A stretch of 64,000 nt of DNA. Origin: Gekko japonicus. Lineage: Eukaryota. The position numbers and the translations under genes are program-made. Shown here one piece after another: positions 24,421 through 37,191 of this stretch. The stretch spans positions 102,752-166,751 of the forward strand of contig NW_015168717.1 in the NCBI RefSeq assembly GCF_001447785.1. Reading direction: 5' to 3'. Within the stretch, counting starts at the first letter, position 1; every line of letters starts with the position of its first letter. Under the pieces are notes generated by a model. That model worked only from the letters and a program-made list of their open reading frames with translations. It was not told the DNA's origin and did no database searches.

Positions 24421-25714
24421 ATAAGAACATAAGAGATGTCAATGTTGGATCAGGCCAAAGGCCCATCCAGTCCAACACTCTGTGTCACACAGTGGCCAGA
24501 AATACCAGTGCCATCAAAAGGTCCACCAGTGGGGCCAGGACATTAGAAGCCCTCCCACTGTTGACCCCCCCCAAGCACCAAGAAGACAGAGCATCACTTG
24601 CCCCAGAGCCCCTATCTATACCTTGTGGCTAATAGCCACTGATGGACCTCTGCTCCATATGCTTATCTAATTCCCTTTTGAAGCCGTCCATGCTTGTAGC
24701 CGCCACCACCTCCTGTGGCAGTGAATTCCATGTGTTAATCACTCTTTGGGGGAAGAAGCACTTCCTTTTATCCGTTCTAACCCGACCGCTCAGCAATTTT
24801 ATTGAGTGCCCATGAGCTCTTGTATTGTGAGAAAGGGAGAAAAGTACCTCTTTCTCTACCTGCTCTATCCCATGCATAATCTTATAAACCTCAATCATAT
24901 CTCCCCTCAGTTATCGTTTCTCCAAGCGAAAGAGCCCTAAGCGCTTTAACCTTTCCTCATAGGGAAAGTGTTCCAACCCTTTTATCATTCGAGTTGCCCT
25001 TTTCTGCACTTTTTCCAAAGCTATAATATCCTTTTTAAGGTGTGGTGCCCAGAACTGCACACAGTATTCCAAATGAGGTCGCACCATTGATTTATATAGC
25101 GGCATTATGATATTGGCTGATCTGTTTACAATACCCTTCCTAATAATCCCCAGCATAGCATTGGCCTTCTTTATTGCAGTCACACACTGTCTCGACATCT
25201 TCAGTGAGTTATCTACTACAACTCCAAGATCTCTCTCTTGCTCAGTCTCTGCCAGTTCAGACCCCATCAATGTGTATTTATATTTAGGATTTTTGGCTCC
25301 AATGTGCATCACCTTGCACTTGGCCACATTGAACCCCATTTGCCATGTTGACGCCCACTCGCCCATCCTTGACAGATCCCCTTGGAGTGCCTCACAATCC
25401 TCACTGGTTTTCACCACCCCGAACAACTTTGTATCATCCGCAAATTTAGCCACTTCACTGCTTACTCCCATCTCCAAATCATTAATGAACAAGTTAAAAA
25501 GCAGTGGACCAAGTACTGATCCCTGCGGTACCCCACTGCTTACCACCCTCCACTGAGAAAATTGCCCACCTACACTCACTCTCTGTTTTCTATGAACTAG
25601 CCAGTTTTTGATCCATAAAAGGACTTGTCCTTCTATCCCATGATTTTTGAGCTTACTTAGGAGCCTTTGATGAGGAACTTTATCAAAAGCTTTCTGGAAG
25701 TCAAGGTAAATAAT
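24421..25714 (-). mobile_element. CR1 LINE, 5'-truncated and relatively young
   Basis: RT motifs GVPQGSVLGPLLFNLFINDL, KFADDTKL and RPHLEYCVQFW; 3' tail (TTCTTATG)n at 24421-24435. Confidence 0.95.
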
Positions 25715-26182
25715 TCCCCAAGGTCACCTCCTCACAGCCTATCTTCCTGACCAGGCCCCCCCTGGTTACAACTTTGTCCACATGCAATTGCTCCTCAACT
25801 GACTGTGCACTGCCGAATCGGCTAGGCCACCCTATCATGTGCTGGGCCCTGGCCTCCTCCAATGGACCATAATGCCTGGCGCCCTGGCATTTCCGAGTGC
25901 AGCATGTGGTCTGATCAGGCATTGGGTGGTGCCAGGTCTAAAAAGTCTTGGCCCTACCCCCGCCCAGTGTCACGACACACTACGTCTTCACTTGTATCCT
26001 GCTTCCCCCTCCTTCCATGGGGACAAATCGGCTCCCGCTCACCAATGGCAAGCCTCAGAGGGCAATAAGTAGCCGCATTCTGTGAGGTTTTTCACTGGAT
26101 CCAGCCCAATGTGCACATCGAAGTCTGCAAAAATTAATTTCCAGAATAACAGCTTCATATATCAAAACTTGGTTCCATACAG

Positions 26183-26262
26183 TACAATCCTAAGCAGAGT
26201 TCAACTCTTTTAAGCCCATTGAAGTCAACTGACTGAGAAAGGTGTAACTCTGTTCAAGAGTA
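26183..26262. repeat. Short palindromic MITE (caatcctaagcagagtt family); related pieces at ~13260-13295, 15500-15548 and the split copy at 40025-41000
   Basis: cagagtt...taactctg inverted arms recurring in the window. Confidence 0.55.
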
Positions 26263-26499
26263 TAATGGTGATCAGCAGGCTTCATGTAACTACACACATC
26301 ACTTGATTTTTTTAACGTTTGATTAGTGACTGTGAGAACCGTCCGCACCATGTTTGAGATGATGCCATGTGTTACATCTGTGATGACTCCATGATCATGC
26401 ATGGCATCATTTGGAGCTCCTGTCATCAGATTGTTTTGGGCCAGGGTACTTGAACTGTCTCTTCCCAAACTACCCAGCTGTTAATGTCTGCTTCACAAG

Positions 26500-27275
26500 C
26501 CATGCTATCTTTGTCCCTGCCTATAGAGGTGAGGTGGGCTGCATGTAGAGACAGGCTGTTTTCAGCAGTGGCACCTCACCTTTCGAACATCCTTCCCCCA
26601 TGCAGCTCACCTGGCCCCTGCCATATTGACTTTGAGGCACCACACTGAAACTTTTCTTTTTATACAGATATTTTAACTAAGGGGCTTTACTTCATAAGCT
26701 GTTTTGTACTCAGCTTCTAACCTGTCATCTCTTTTATGGCTATATGGCTCAATTGTGGTTTTATGCCCATGACTTGTATCTCATGGCTTGCTTTTAATAC
26801 TGATAATTTGTGTTGTTTTATGGTCTTGTTTTGATGTTTGATGGTATTGGTTTTCTTTATAAAGGAGCTGCGGCGGCTCAAGTAGTTAAGACGCTGAACT
26901 GCAGGCTGTGGAAGGTCAGTAGTTCAGCAGTTCGAGACCGGGGTGCCGCAAGATGGAGTGAGCTCTCGTCTCTAGTTCCAGCTCCTGCCAACCTAGCAGT
27001 TCGAAAAAAGCAAGAAATTGCAAGTAGATAAATAGGTACCACTTCGGTGGGAAGGTAACAGCGTTCTATGCGCCTTGGTGTTTAGTCATGCCAGCCACAT
27101 GACCACAGAAACATCTTCGGACAGCGCTGGCTCTTCGGCTTGGAAACGGAGATGAACACTGCAACCCTAGAGTCGGATTCGACTGGCTTTCGAGCAAGGG
27201 AACCTTTACCTTTCTTTATAAGCCACCTCAAGCAGGTATCTGGAGAGATGGCATATAAATTCCCTAAACAAACAA
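26500..27275 (+). mobile_element. L2-type LINE 3' end interrupted by a Sauria SINE
   Basis: Homologous to the other L2 ends; resumes at 27211 and ends ggcatataaat..aaacaaacaaat. Confidence 0.6.
26864..27210 (+). mobile_element. Sauria SINE, full length
   Basis: Near-identical to the 3931 copy; TSD tttctttataa. Confidence 0.93.
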
Positions 27276-28444
27276 ATATTATAAACATACATGTGTGAAC
27301 CAAATCACAGAATGTTACTGAGAAATTTCTTGTAAGCGTAGCCAACGTGTAGCATGCTTAACTTAGTGGCATAGGGATCAACCAAAACATTTCAGTAACC
27401 AGACTGTTGATGAATGTGAAGTACTGATAGGGTTACACCAGTGCCTCTTGCTGATCCACAGTCTATAGTGTCTAATAGATCAAATTTGTGATACTCATGA
27501 ACCAGAAAGGCAAAACTAATCTGGATTCTAAACAAATTGGAAAGAAGGGAGGAGACACAGGAAGGCTTTATTAAAAGGGCACAAAGGCATTTGTTGTGGT
27601 TGCAAGGTCAATCAAAAGATAAATAAGTGTGAAGCCTCCATGTGCTTAAGGGCAGGAAAACAGCTGATATTTGTCCACAAAGGAGGAAAAGGCAAATACC
27701 TTGTGGGAAAACATGATCGAAAGTGACACTAATTTTTTCTTCTTCACAAGAATGGTTATATTTTAATGAGTTGTCTCAAAGAAAAGGCAAAACTGAAGAA
27801 GGGAAACAGAGATGCCTACCCACAAGTGAGACTCATGTTTCTCCAAGGACTAAGGATGAAAAGGCCTTAACATGTCCCTTGGGGCATTTACTTCAGATCC
27901 TAAAAGCCAGCTTCAAAGATCTTGGGGGTAAACAGTAGGGAATTTAGAATGCAATAGGTCATTATTAAATATTTTAAATATTACTGAGTCTGGCCTGAAA
28001 TAGCACCGTTGGCCTGCAGTAGCCTGATTTGGTGTTGAACCAGTGACTAAACAGGACAATTTTACCTCGGGCATCTGTACAGCAAATTATTACATTTGTT
28101 CAGGCTTCTTATCTGCTTATAGCAGTAGCTGTTGAATAGAAAATGGTTTCTTTATAGCAAAGCAGATAGTTTTTTTAAAATATTTAAAACATTATTGACT
28201 CCTGTCAGATCAGTTTCTAGCCTTATTGACTCGTGAAGTAAATATAGAGGGAAAGTGAGGTTAAGTCCAGTAGTCAAGTCAATATTTATCCTGCAAATCA
28301 ATATATTTTGATACTAGCCCAAAATTACATTCAGTAAATACAAATTTTATATTCCCAGGAAAGACAGAAGAGACCCAATTTGGAAAATACGTTGACATGA
28401 AATTCTCAAATGAAAAAAAATAACAAGAACAAAACTCTACGGTA

Positions 28445-28770
28445 CTAGGAACAGAACAAAGTTTGAATCCAGTGGCATCTTTATGGCCAACAAAGTTTAC
28501 TTCTGGGCATAAGCTTTTGTGTACATGCACACTTCTTCAGATACATTGAAACAGACTTTCTCAAGCCTTACATATAAGTAGAAAGAGTGGAGGGGGTTAG
28601 TTGCCAGTAAGGGCTAGTTAGAGTCAAGATGCATAAGCAACTGACCAATAAATATAGCTAGAATTGAATTAAAGCAGTTGGTAATACCTGTGAATAGCAG
28701 CAAATCAGCATACAATTAAAAGAGTTAACAAACAGATGTGAGGACTAAGTTTGAGTTCAGTGGCACTTTT
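28445..28770 (-). mobile_element. Penelope-like element terminal fragment
   Basis: gaacaaagtttgaatccagtggca..ccaacaaagttt..aagctt..cacacttcttcagatac, shared with 45624-45830, 59545-59615 and ~19440-19475. Confidence 0.7.
28507..28544 (-). ncRNA. Minimal hammerhead ribozyme motif with one core substitution
   Basis: Minus strand GTAT-CTGAAGA-A-GTGTG CATG TACAC-AAAAGCTT-ATGC: intact CUGANGA, stems I and II present, GAAA reads AAAA. Confidence 0.6.
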
Positions 28771-28923
28771 AATAACCATTGGTATTTTGGAGAGAAATCC
28801 ACTGGCAGGTAGAAATAGGAGGCTGGTGCCAGAAAGGGAGAGATCTGAGTAGAGATAGGCTCCAGCATTTAGCTAGGCACAGCCTTACTTGAAACATGGA
28901 TGGCTTGCTGAAAGTGAATATTG

Positions 28924-29199
28924 TAGGGTTGCCAAGTCTACTCACCCCTCGGAGCGGGGGAGCCTCGCCAGGCTCTGGAAGCTCTCGGTGACGTGCTACA
29001 TGCTCACGTTGTGGGCGTGGCCCAGATGGTTTCCCCCCCCCCCGACGATCTGGGCCACGCCCCCCCCAACGTGAGCGATGTGGCTGTGTCACCTCCGGTG
29101 ATGCAGCTTTGAGGGCGAATTTCCCCCCGGGGCCCGTGGCGGAAATCGGGCCTCCAAAGCGGGGGATTCCCCGCCCCCCGCCCCCACTTGGCAGCCCTA
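28924..29199. mobile_element. Young CpG-rich hAT MITE
   Basis: TIRs tagggttgccaag / cttggcagcccta and perfect 8-bp TSD gaatattg. Confidence 0.88.
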
Positions 29200-29939
29200 G
29201 AATATTGTAAATCTTTATATTTAATTCTTAACAGTCACCTTTGTGTGTGGATACTTATTTCTGCAGCTAGGGGGCATACTTTCCCTCAACAGGTTTTTCT
29301 ACAGACTCAGGGGACTCCATGGGTTTGATGAAAAATCCAAAAAGTTTTTTTGGCATACGTTCCCCCAACAGGTTTTTCTACATACTCAGGGGACTCTGTG
29401 GGCTGCAGAAAAATCTAAAAAGTTAAAAAAAAAAAACTCAGGGAGGGTTGAATTCTCTCCCAATACCTTTTGAAATGGCCACCACAGGGATGTACTCCAG
29501 GCTCCACCACATCAACAGAGAAAGACTGGTTGATAGTTGGGGGGAGTAAGCAAAAGCAGGACTGGAGCTTGGATTGGGAAGGTTCCTCCTGCAGTATGAA
29601 TGGCTACATAGCAGGGGGTTTGGAGCCAGGCCTGGGACTAGGATAGCCCGCTCCAGGTTAGGAAATTCCTGGAGTTCTATGATGAAGTTTGAGGAGTACA
29701 GAGTTTGGGGAGGGGAGACACCTCAGCTGGATATAATGCCACAGAGTCCACCCATGTTCTCCAGGGGGGCATATCTCTGTTGTCTAGAGTTCAGTTATAA
29801 TTCTGGGGGATCTCCAGGTCCTACCTGGAGGCTGACAAATCTAGGCCTGGCAGCACCCTCTGGGTGACTTGATACCACCTAACTTGCATGATTCAACTAG
29901 GCCTGGCTGCTTGCTACTGTTCAACAGCAGCCACCCCAT

Positions 29940-30140
29940 GAAAGTCAGTGTAGTATAATAGTCAGAGCTTCAGAGTAGAGTATATGAGACCCAGGTTAAG
30001 ATCCCCATCTTGATGTGGAAGTTCACTGGGTGATTTTGGACCAGTCATGTACTTTCAGCCTAACCTACCTGATAGGGTTGTTGTGTGGATAAAAGGGAGA
30101 GAATAATGTAAACTGCTTTATTCCACACTGTGGAGAAAGA
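29940..30140 (+). mobile_element. tRNA-derived squamate SINE
   Basis: gtgtagtataatagtcagag head and cagcctaacctacct..gggttgttgtg body. Confidence 0.7.
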
Positions 30141-31506
30141 CCATAGTTTTCTTCAGTATAAGCTGTAGGGGGAAAGGAGACAGAAACCTGAAGACAGAGG
30201 TGCAGATAAAGGTAGATTGCCTGTTGGGTGGGAAGGAGATACGGATGTCAACTCCAGGTTGGGAAACTCCTGGAGATTTGAAGGATGGAGCCTGGGGACA
30301 GCGGGGATTGAGGCAAGGAGGGACTTCAGACAGATATAATGCCATAGCCTCCACCCTCCAAAGCAGTCATTTCCTCCAGGGGAACTAAAGTTGCCAACCT
30401 CCAGGTGAGGGCTGGAGATTTCCTGAAATTACAAGTGATCTCCAGGTGACAGAGATCAGTTCCACTGGATGAAGGGTGGAATTTATGGTGTTATACCCTG
30501 CTGAGGTCGCTTCCAAGCTCAAACCTCATCCTCTCAAGGCTCCACCCCCAAATTTCCAGGAATTTCCCAACATGAAGCTGGCAACCCTAAGAGGAAGTGA
30601 TCTCTGTATTTTGGCAATCCATTGTGATTCCTGGAGAGCAACTGCTTCCACTGGTGCAGTGTGTGGGGGGAAGTAGGTGGGAGAGTGACGGGGCAGAAAG
30701 ACTGATGGGGTAGGGGCAGAAACGGATGGGGGCAGAAAGGAAGTGACAGGCATGGAGGGGAGAGAGAGAGAGAATAAGAAAAGGGGAGAAGTAGAGGGGA
30801 AGAAGCAGAGGTGAGGGGAATGGCTGCTCCTGCAAGTTTCTTGTGGTTTCCCACTTGTACAACTTCATTATCTTCAAGATAATGAACTCTCATTGAACAG
30901 CACAAAGAAATGCACATTCTGAGGGAGCCAGAATTTGCATTTCGTGTTATGAAGACTTTGATTCATTTGGTGTTTTCTCAGTAAATGTTTTCTCAGTGAG
31001 TTTTCTCACTCAATGTTTTGATTTTTGATTTTTGTTTTATGTTTTGTGTGTGGGTTTATTCTTTTAATGATATCTCTTATTGGTTTTAGGATGTTATTTT
31101 ATTGTGTATGTTTTAATTTGCTAGCCACCTTGGTGGCCCTTGCGACGACCCAAAGGCAGGGCATAAATTTTGTAAAATAAAATAAGTATATGTCTGCTAG
31201 CTCAAGGACCCTATTTTGGGTTGGAAAGGCAGCATAAAAATATTATATAAAATATTATTTCAACTGCCTCACCATACAACACTGTTGGGCTAAAGTCCTG
31301 TGCAACATTGGACATTCAGGAAGCAATGGCTGATTTGTTTAATAGTGGGGACAGAGGTCCTCATCGAACATTTGGAGTGATGTCAATGGGAGAACAGCTT
31401 TTGTCCTCAGTGATGCTGTTACATAGCTAGATTTTACTGGCTGTCATCTGGGATCTCATGAAGAACCTTTCAAGATCAGTTAAGGTAAGAGTTCTTTTCA
31501 CAAACC

Positions 31507-31776
31507 CAGGGGTTGTTTCGTAGAAAAAGAGCTAGGGGAACTCATTAGCATAACTCAATAGCATATGCCACACCCCCTGACATCACCGGAAGTGTGTCAT
31601 AAGGCCACACACCCCGTCCCCAACAGTCCCGGCCGCCGCCGCCGGCCTTGCAGCTCCACTGCCGAGCCGAAGCGGGGTGGTCGGAAGCAGGGTGCGGGGC
31701 TTCGTCATGTGCCCCACCCCCGTACCTCACCCAGGGAAACTGCGATCCCCCGTGATCCCCCCCGAAATGACCTCTG
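31507..31776. mobile_element. Young CpG-rich hAT MITE
   Basis: TIRs caggggttgtttcg / cgaaatgacctctg and perfect 8-bp TSD cacaaacc. Confidence 0.88.
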
Positions 31777-32329
31777 CACAAACCCTTTTGATCTCTTCCT
31801 ATATATTTTTTTAAAAAATGCATAGCAACTTTACATTGCTTCTATTCAGTGTACAGCACTTGCAAATTAGTGCCTCCTGCAACATTTGCTTCTATTTGTT
31901 AGTGGGGATAGCCACACCTACTGTGAACTGCAGCCATCACAATTTGGAGTGAAAGACAGTACCCAGTTAGCAACAAACAGAACACAGCACAAATGTGCAG
32001 ATACACACACACACGCACACACACGCACACACAGTTATACAGCTTCTGCAGATGGAATAGGGGGGGGCAAATTTGCAGGTAGAACTTGGTTAGGTTGATC
32101 ACAATAATTCACATTGGAATAAATCCAGAACACCGCAGGTTGGTAGAAGCATTCACTGAAAAGACTTGTAGTGTGATACCAGAAGAAAAAAGAGCCAGGA
32201 AAATGTTTCATGTATTTCTGTCTTTCAGAAAGAGAGCTTTACTTGTTCTGTGAAGCATTAGAAGCTATTAGGCAAAACAGCAGAGAAAAAGCTTAGCAAG
32301 CTATTTGAAAGCCTTTATATATAAAAAAA

Positions 32330-32830
32330 CCCCTTGTATTTTGAATATATTCCAAAAGGTGCATTTGATCTGAAATAAAACACGGCTACTCCCCGGTTCC
32401 AGTTCCTCAAGTGCAGCAAAGCGCCTCTTTCATCCACAATAAAAAGGTGCCATTTGTTGGATATCAGGGGAATGAATTATTAATTTTATCACAGCTTAGA
32501 TGACAGCTAATATTAGAACATTGAATTATTAATTTTCCAAGTGAGACTATAAAAAAGGGGGGGAGAAATAAATACAAATCAAGGCACATTTTTGGAAGGC
32601 CCTGCCTCGTGCACATTATCTAGTTAACAATAACAAAATACAGAAAGCAGAGGAAAATATTAACAGCCTTCGTCCAACACTCTGTGTGAATGTCTTTATC
32701 TGGATTTGTCCCATTGTGCCTTTTTAAACCCAATAACAATTCACACCGACTGGGCTATGATTACTGTAGAACGTATCTGTGCTATGTCTGCAGTCCAAAC
32801 CACCAGTTCCATATAATTCACTTGGCTGCA
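32330..32830. promoter_or_regulatory. Candidate conserved non-coding element or enhancer
   Basis: Repeat-free AT-rich block with gaattattaatttt twice, SOX-type AACAAT/CATTGT and TGACAG. Conservation not tested. Confidence 0.35.
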
Positions 32831-34159
32831 AAGAGACATCTTGGGTTATCCAGGCCAATGAATAAATAAAAGCATTTTGCAAACCTTAATAAATGAGTAA
32901 CCTCAGCATACAAAATGTATAGTCTGGGAAGGATGGGCTTATATCCCTTGAGGATGCCATGTCCATTATCTTTTACCCCCTTGTTTTTCATCCTCTCATG
33001 TTTCACTCTTACTTACCTCAAGGCCTAAGGTACATAAACACTTCAGGCTCCCTTTTCTCTCTCTCTCACACACACCCTTTTACTTACTTTTCTCCTTTTC
33101 ATTTCCCAGTGTTTCAGTCATAAGAGCCAGCCTAGAATTTATCTGGTTGTGCTGCTGCCCTGGAAGCTAATACTGATTTTCCTGTCAACTATCTCCTTTG
33201 CAAACACTCATCCTCCCCCTCCCATCTCCAGATGATCCAGGGAGCTTCAAGGGAAAAAAAATAAAAACCTTCCTCACTCCAAGCCCAAATCAGAAAGGTG
33301 TCCAACTGTCATAAACACTCTTTTCAAGCCACTTGGAGCATGCTACCATCTAAGATGCACACAAGGGAAGGAACTAAAGTCAGGGCTGTAACAGGGTTAT
33401 AGTGAGGATACTGACACAAATGTGTATGTGCACGTTTATTGGAGGGCAATGTTTCCTGCCAGAAGAGAAACAGATGTCTGTCCCCAAGCTTCACTGGGAA
33501 TTAATCCAGCTCAAAGATGGATTAACTTCTCTTTAAAAAAACAACAACACAAAAACACCCCCCACTTGTATTATATTGTTACATATGGTGATTATTTAGC
33601 CTAAAAGAAATAGGCAGAGGTAGCTGTTTACCATTTGAGAACGGGTCATTTGAATCACATATTTTTACATCATTCTCAAAAGCTCGTCTTGCTTATTTTA
33701 GACTGGAGACTGCACTACTATAGGTAGGCACAGAAATACATGGAAATACCATGCATTGTTGGAGTTCTATTCTTGGGTGGTGAGAGAGGGAATGAATTGT
33801 GCCAAAACAGACATTCTTATTCTATTGCACTGCAGCTTTTTAACTTTGTTCCCTGGCCAGGGAAATTCTATTATAAAATCCTGTACAGCTGGCTGAAACA
33901 GTACAGAAAAATTCATCATTTTTACCTGACACCTAAGGGCTATACAAGCTAGGTATAGGCAAACAGATGACAGAGCACCACCACAGAGAAGATCCTGTCT
34001 CTAGTGGCCCTGGTTTGGAATCTTGGAGCACAGCAGCAGCTCCTCTGATGCAACAGCTTTTCCATCTGAGGAGCAGGGCGGCGGGGGGGTTCCAGTTCCC
34101 CCCTCCTGCTGCAAACTCCCAAATTGCCCTCTACACATATTTCAGCCAACTGACCTACA

Positions 34160-34410
34160 GACAAAGAGGAAGAGTAGCCTTTTGTACCCCCTCTATTCTC
34201 TACCTTAAGGAGTCTTAAAGTGGCTTAAAATCACCTTTCCTTCCTCTCCTCACAACAGTCACCTTGGGAGACAGGTGGGGCTGAGAGAGTTCTGAGAGGA
34301 CTGTGACTGGCCTACGGTCACCCAGCGGGCTTCATGTGGAGGATTGGGGAATCAAGCCCAGTTCTCTAAATTAGAGTCCTGCCTCTCTACACTACACCAT
34401 GTTGGCTACA
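34160..34410 (-). mobile_element. tRNA-derived squamate SINE (Squam3-like)
   Basis: Reverse complement of the family copy at 47592-47830. Confidence 0.8.
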
Positions 34411-37191
34411 TCAAGAAGAATAATGGGGGGGGGCACAGAAGGCAGGGCTGTAGACCCCATTGGTTCTCTTGAATCTTTCTCTCAAGGGCCTTTCTGATCT
34501 GGTATGGTATCCTTCTATCTACTTGCATGAGTTGGGAGTTAGGGGCATTTTGGTTCCATTTTTTATTTAGAGGAGGGCTTTAAAAAGTAGTTGTTGGAGA
34601 CCTACTATGCAAATTGTCTTTAGGGGTTCTATCTTGTCTCAGATGATCTTTTAACATCTACCTGAAACAGCTGGGTGGCGTAGTTCGAATGTCCAGAATA
34701 CAGTGAAACCAACATGCTGATAACATTGCATTTTACATCTCTTTCCTCTATATATTGTCAATTCTAGAATCCTCTTTGAATGACTGTTTGAGGACATTAA
34801 TGGACAGGATGAGAATGAATAAACTGAAACAAGCTAGATACTGGAGCCTGTTGATACTAATTGGGGGAGCACTCCAACTAGGTATGAAGTATATGTCTGT
34901 GATTTGGATGTGGAAGCTATGATCTAGGTCAGGGGGGTAAGGTTATTCACTGAGTAAGGCCACAGTTAGGGACACGAGGAGACACCTAAAAACATCAAAG
35001 GACAGGTCAGATGTGCACAAGGAGTACCATGGCAGGAATTTCCAGCAATTTTAAAACAGAATTATTTACAGGGTTCTGATTCAGGCTGGGAAGCAACAAA
35101 TGAGAAAGGAGGGTTAAGCCTCCCCCATGCTGTTTTTTTTTTCTGACTTGAAACTCTCCCAGGGTGCTATTTGCCCCAGTGGAGTCAGCTTACATGCACA
35201 CATACACATATTGTGTCCCTGCATGCCTGATAATTTAAAAAAAAATGCTTGGTACACATGACACAAAACTCTGAATGCATGTTTACTAGTATTTTTGATG
35301 TTTTTCAGATGGTTTCTTTAATCCACTTTGGTATCTGATGGGCAACCTTCTTTCTTTCTTTCTTTTGTATTTCAGATAGGGTGGCTCACTAAATGCCAAT
35401 TCAGATGGTGAACAGTTTATTATTATTTTTTTCATTTTAGATGTCCTAAATGGCAAGTGGTGTTGTCCCATTTTTTATAAAGACAATCCAATTTTTGTGA
35501 AACCACTTTTCTTTAGATTTTGTTATATGGTTGTGTTTCTGAGTCATGGGAGATACTATCTGAACAGTTTATAGTGGTTTATAAATGAGCCACTTTAACT
35601 TTCCCACCAATTTCTATGTTTTTTTTTAAAAAAAATTAAACTGAGAAAGAAGGGGGGGAAACGTGGGAATCTCGGGAAACCACCTGATATTCAAAATCCA
35701 GTCAAAATTCACTGTGCATACCATAAAAAGAGCCTGTCTGAAAGTGCCCTTTGTTTTTACAATATTTGTGACCAAACCTAATTCAAAATTAGATAACATC
35801 TTTGTGTGAAAGAGCCCTGAGAGAAGTATTACAGTTTTGTTCACTTGAAGGATGTGGCAAATGGCAGAATGGGAGGGAATGGTGGTAGCAGATGGGGCAG
35901 ATGCTGTAAGGAAGGACTAATATTTGATCATGCATGTACAGTTATCTTTCTTACATGAACAAACATATTCACACTGTTCAAATAAAGGATAACAGTTTGT
36001 GGAAAAGTTTGACACTCTTGATTGCAACTGGCAAACAGACCATGGTCCATGAGCCAAACAGGTTAGTGACTGAGCATCCCTGATTTTAAATTTGATTATT
36101 TTTACTTGTTCTATGATACATTTTATTGTACTATTGTAAAGCTCTTTGTGGACCCTGTTAAGTTGCAAAAGAAGCATACAAATTCAAACATGAATACATA
36201 CACAAAGATCCAGCAAAAATAGGCAGCCATATCCTTGAATGTCCTCCTGGTCTCTCTGACTGCCTCCATTAAATGGAGAAAACACTCNNNNNNNNNNNNT
36301 TTCCCTCTAAGAACTTTTTTGCCTTCAGCAGCTTCCTGACAACAAGAAACAACTTTTCCAAACATGAAGGTATAGTGACAATGGAAATGTCACCAGATAC
36401 TAATCTACTTTGAATACAGCAATTCCTTTCATTTTATTCCCTTAGAAGCTTATTGATTAACAAATCTTACACAGCAGAAGACTCTCATTCCTCATTTTTT
36501 TAACACAAGGGCTAAAAAGACTGAAACAAATTTTGCTCTTGTCAGAGTGATCTTAGGATCCTTATCACAATAGAATGATCACTTATATTCTCAAAAAAAC
36601 TGCGTTCAAGCAAAATATGAAAAAATGTGTCAATCCTATTAAGGCCACAAGGGCAAATTCTATTGGAATAAGGCCTATTCAGAAATCTCCCCTGTAGAAC
36701 CATTGAGGGTATAATATTCCATCTTGCGAATAAGAAAGCTCTGCAGTATCATGGGATAGTAAGATGGTATGTATGGGGGGGGGTAAAGATTTTGGGAAAA
36801 GAGACCAAAAGACAGGGGTGAGCAAACTCAGCGGGCTCTTGAGATCAAACTGCTGTAATCAGTTTCTAGGACATGATTTTTGACCAAAGAAAGCGCTTTG
36901 GATTTGCTCATATCAGAAATATGATTTAGCCAACATTCCAACTAACATCAATTTCTCATCCAGGTCTTTCATCCAAATCGATTTGTGGGTATCTCGCTTC
37001 AGAGCAGCTAGCAAGCCATCTTCAGCACAGAACAATTTTAGTCTCAGTTTGAAGGCTTAGAGCCATGCTCTTGCTTCCAGGGTTATTTATCCAAATTCTG
37101 CCCGCAATACAACATTTGATACACAACATGGGATATTCAGTATTTTTCTTAAAAACTGGGCCAGAGGTTGATCAATATTATCAGAGATAGG

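Larger units (their letters stand above)
20415..26075 (-). mobile_element. Degenerate Ngaro-type (DIRS order) tyrosine-recombinase retrotransposon, interrupted by CR1
   Basis: Domain order gag, RT, RNaseH, YR, SGNH hydrolase on the minus strand, then an AATAAAGTGGCC terminus. The 5' boundary is approximate. Confidence 0.88.

Noticed and set aside
25107-25556. 149-aa hydrophobic ORF on plus
   Set aside because: Antisense shadow of the CR1 RT.
35375-35452. Two micro-exon-like AG acceptors
   Set aside because: Donor sites are weak or non-canonical and no coherent frame results.
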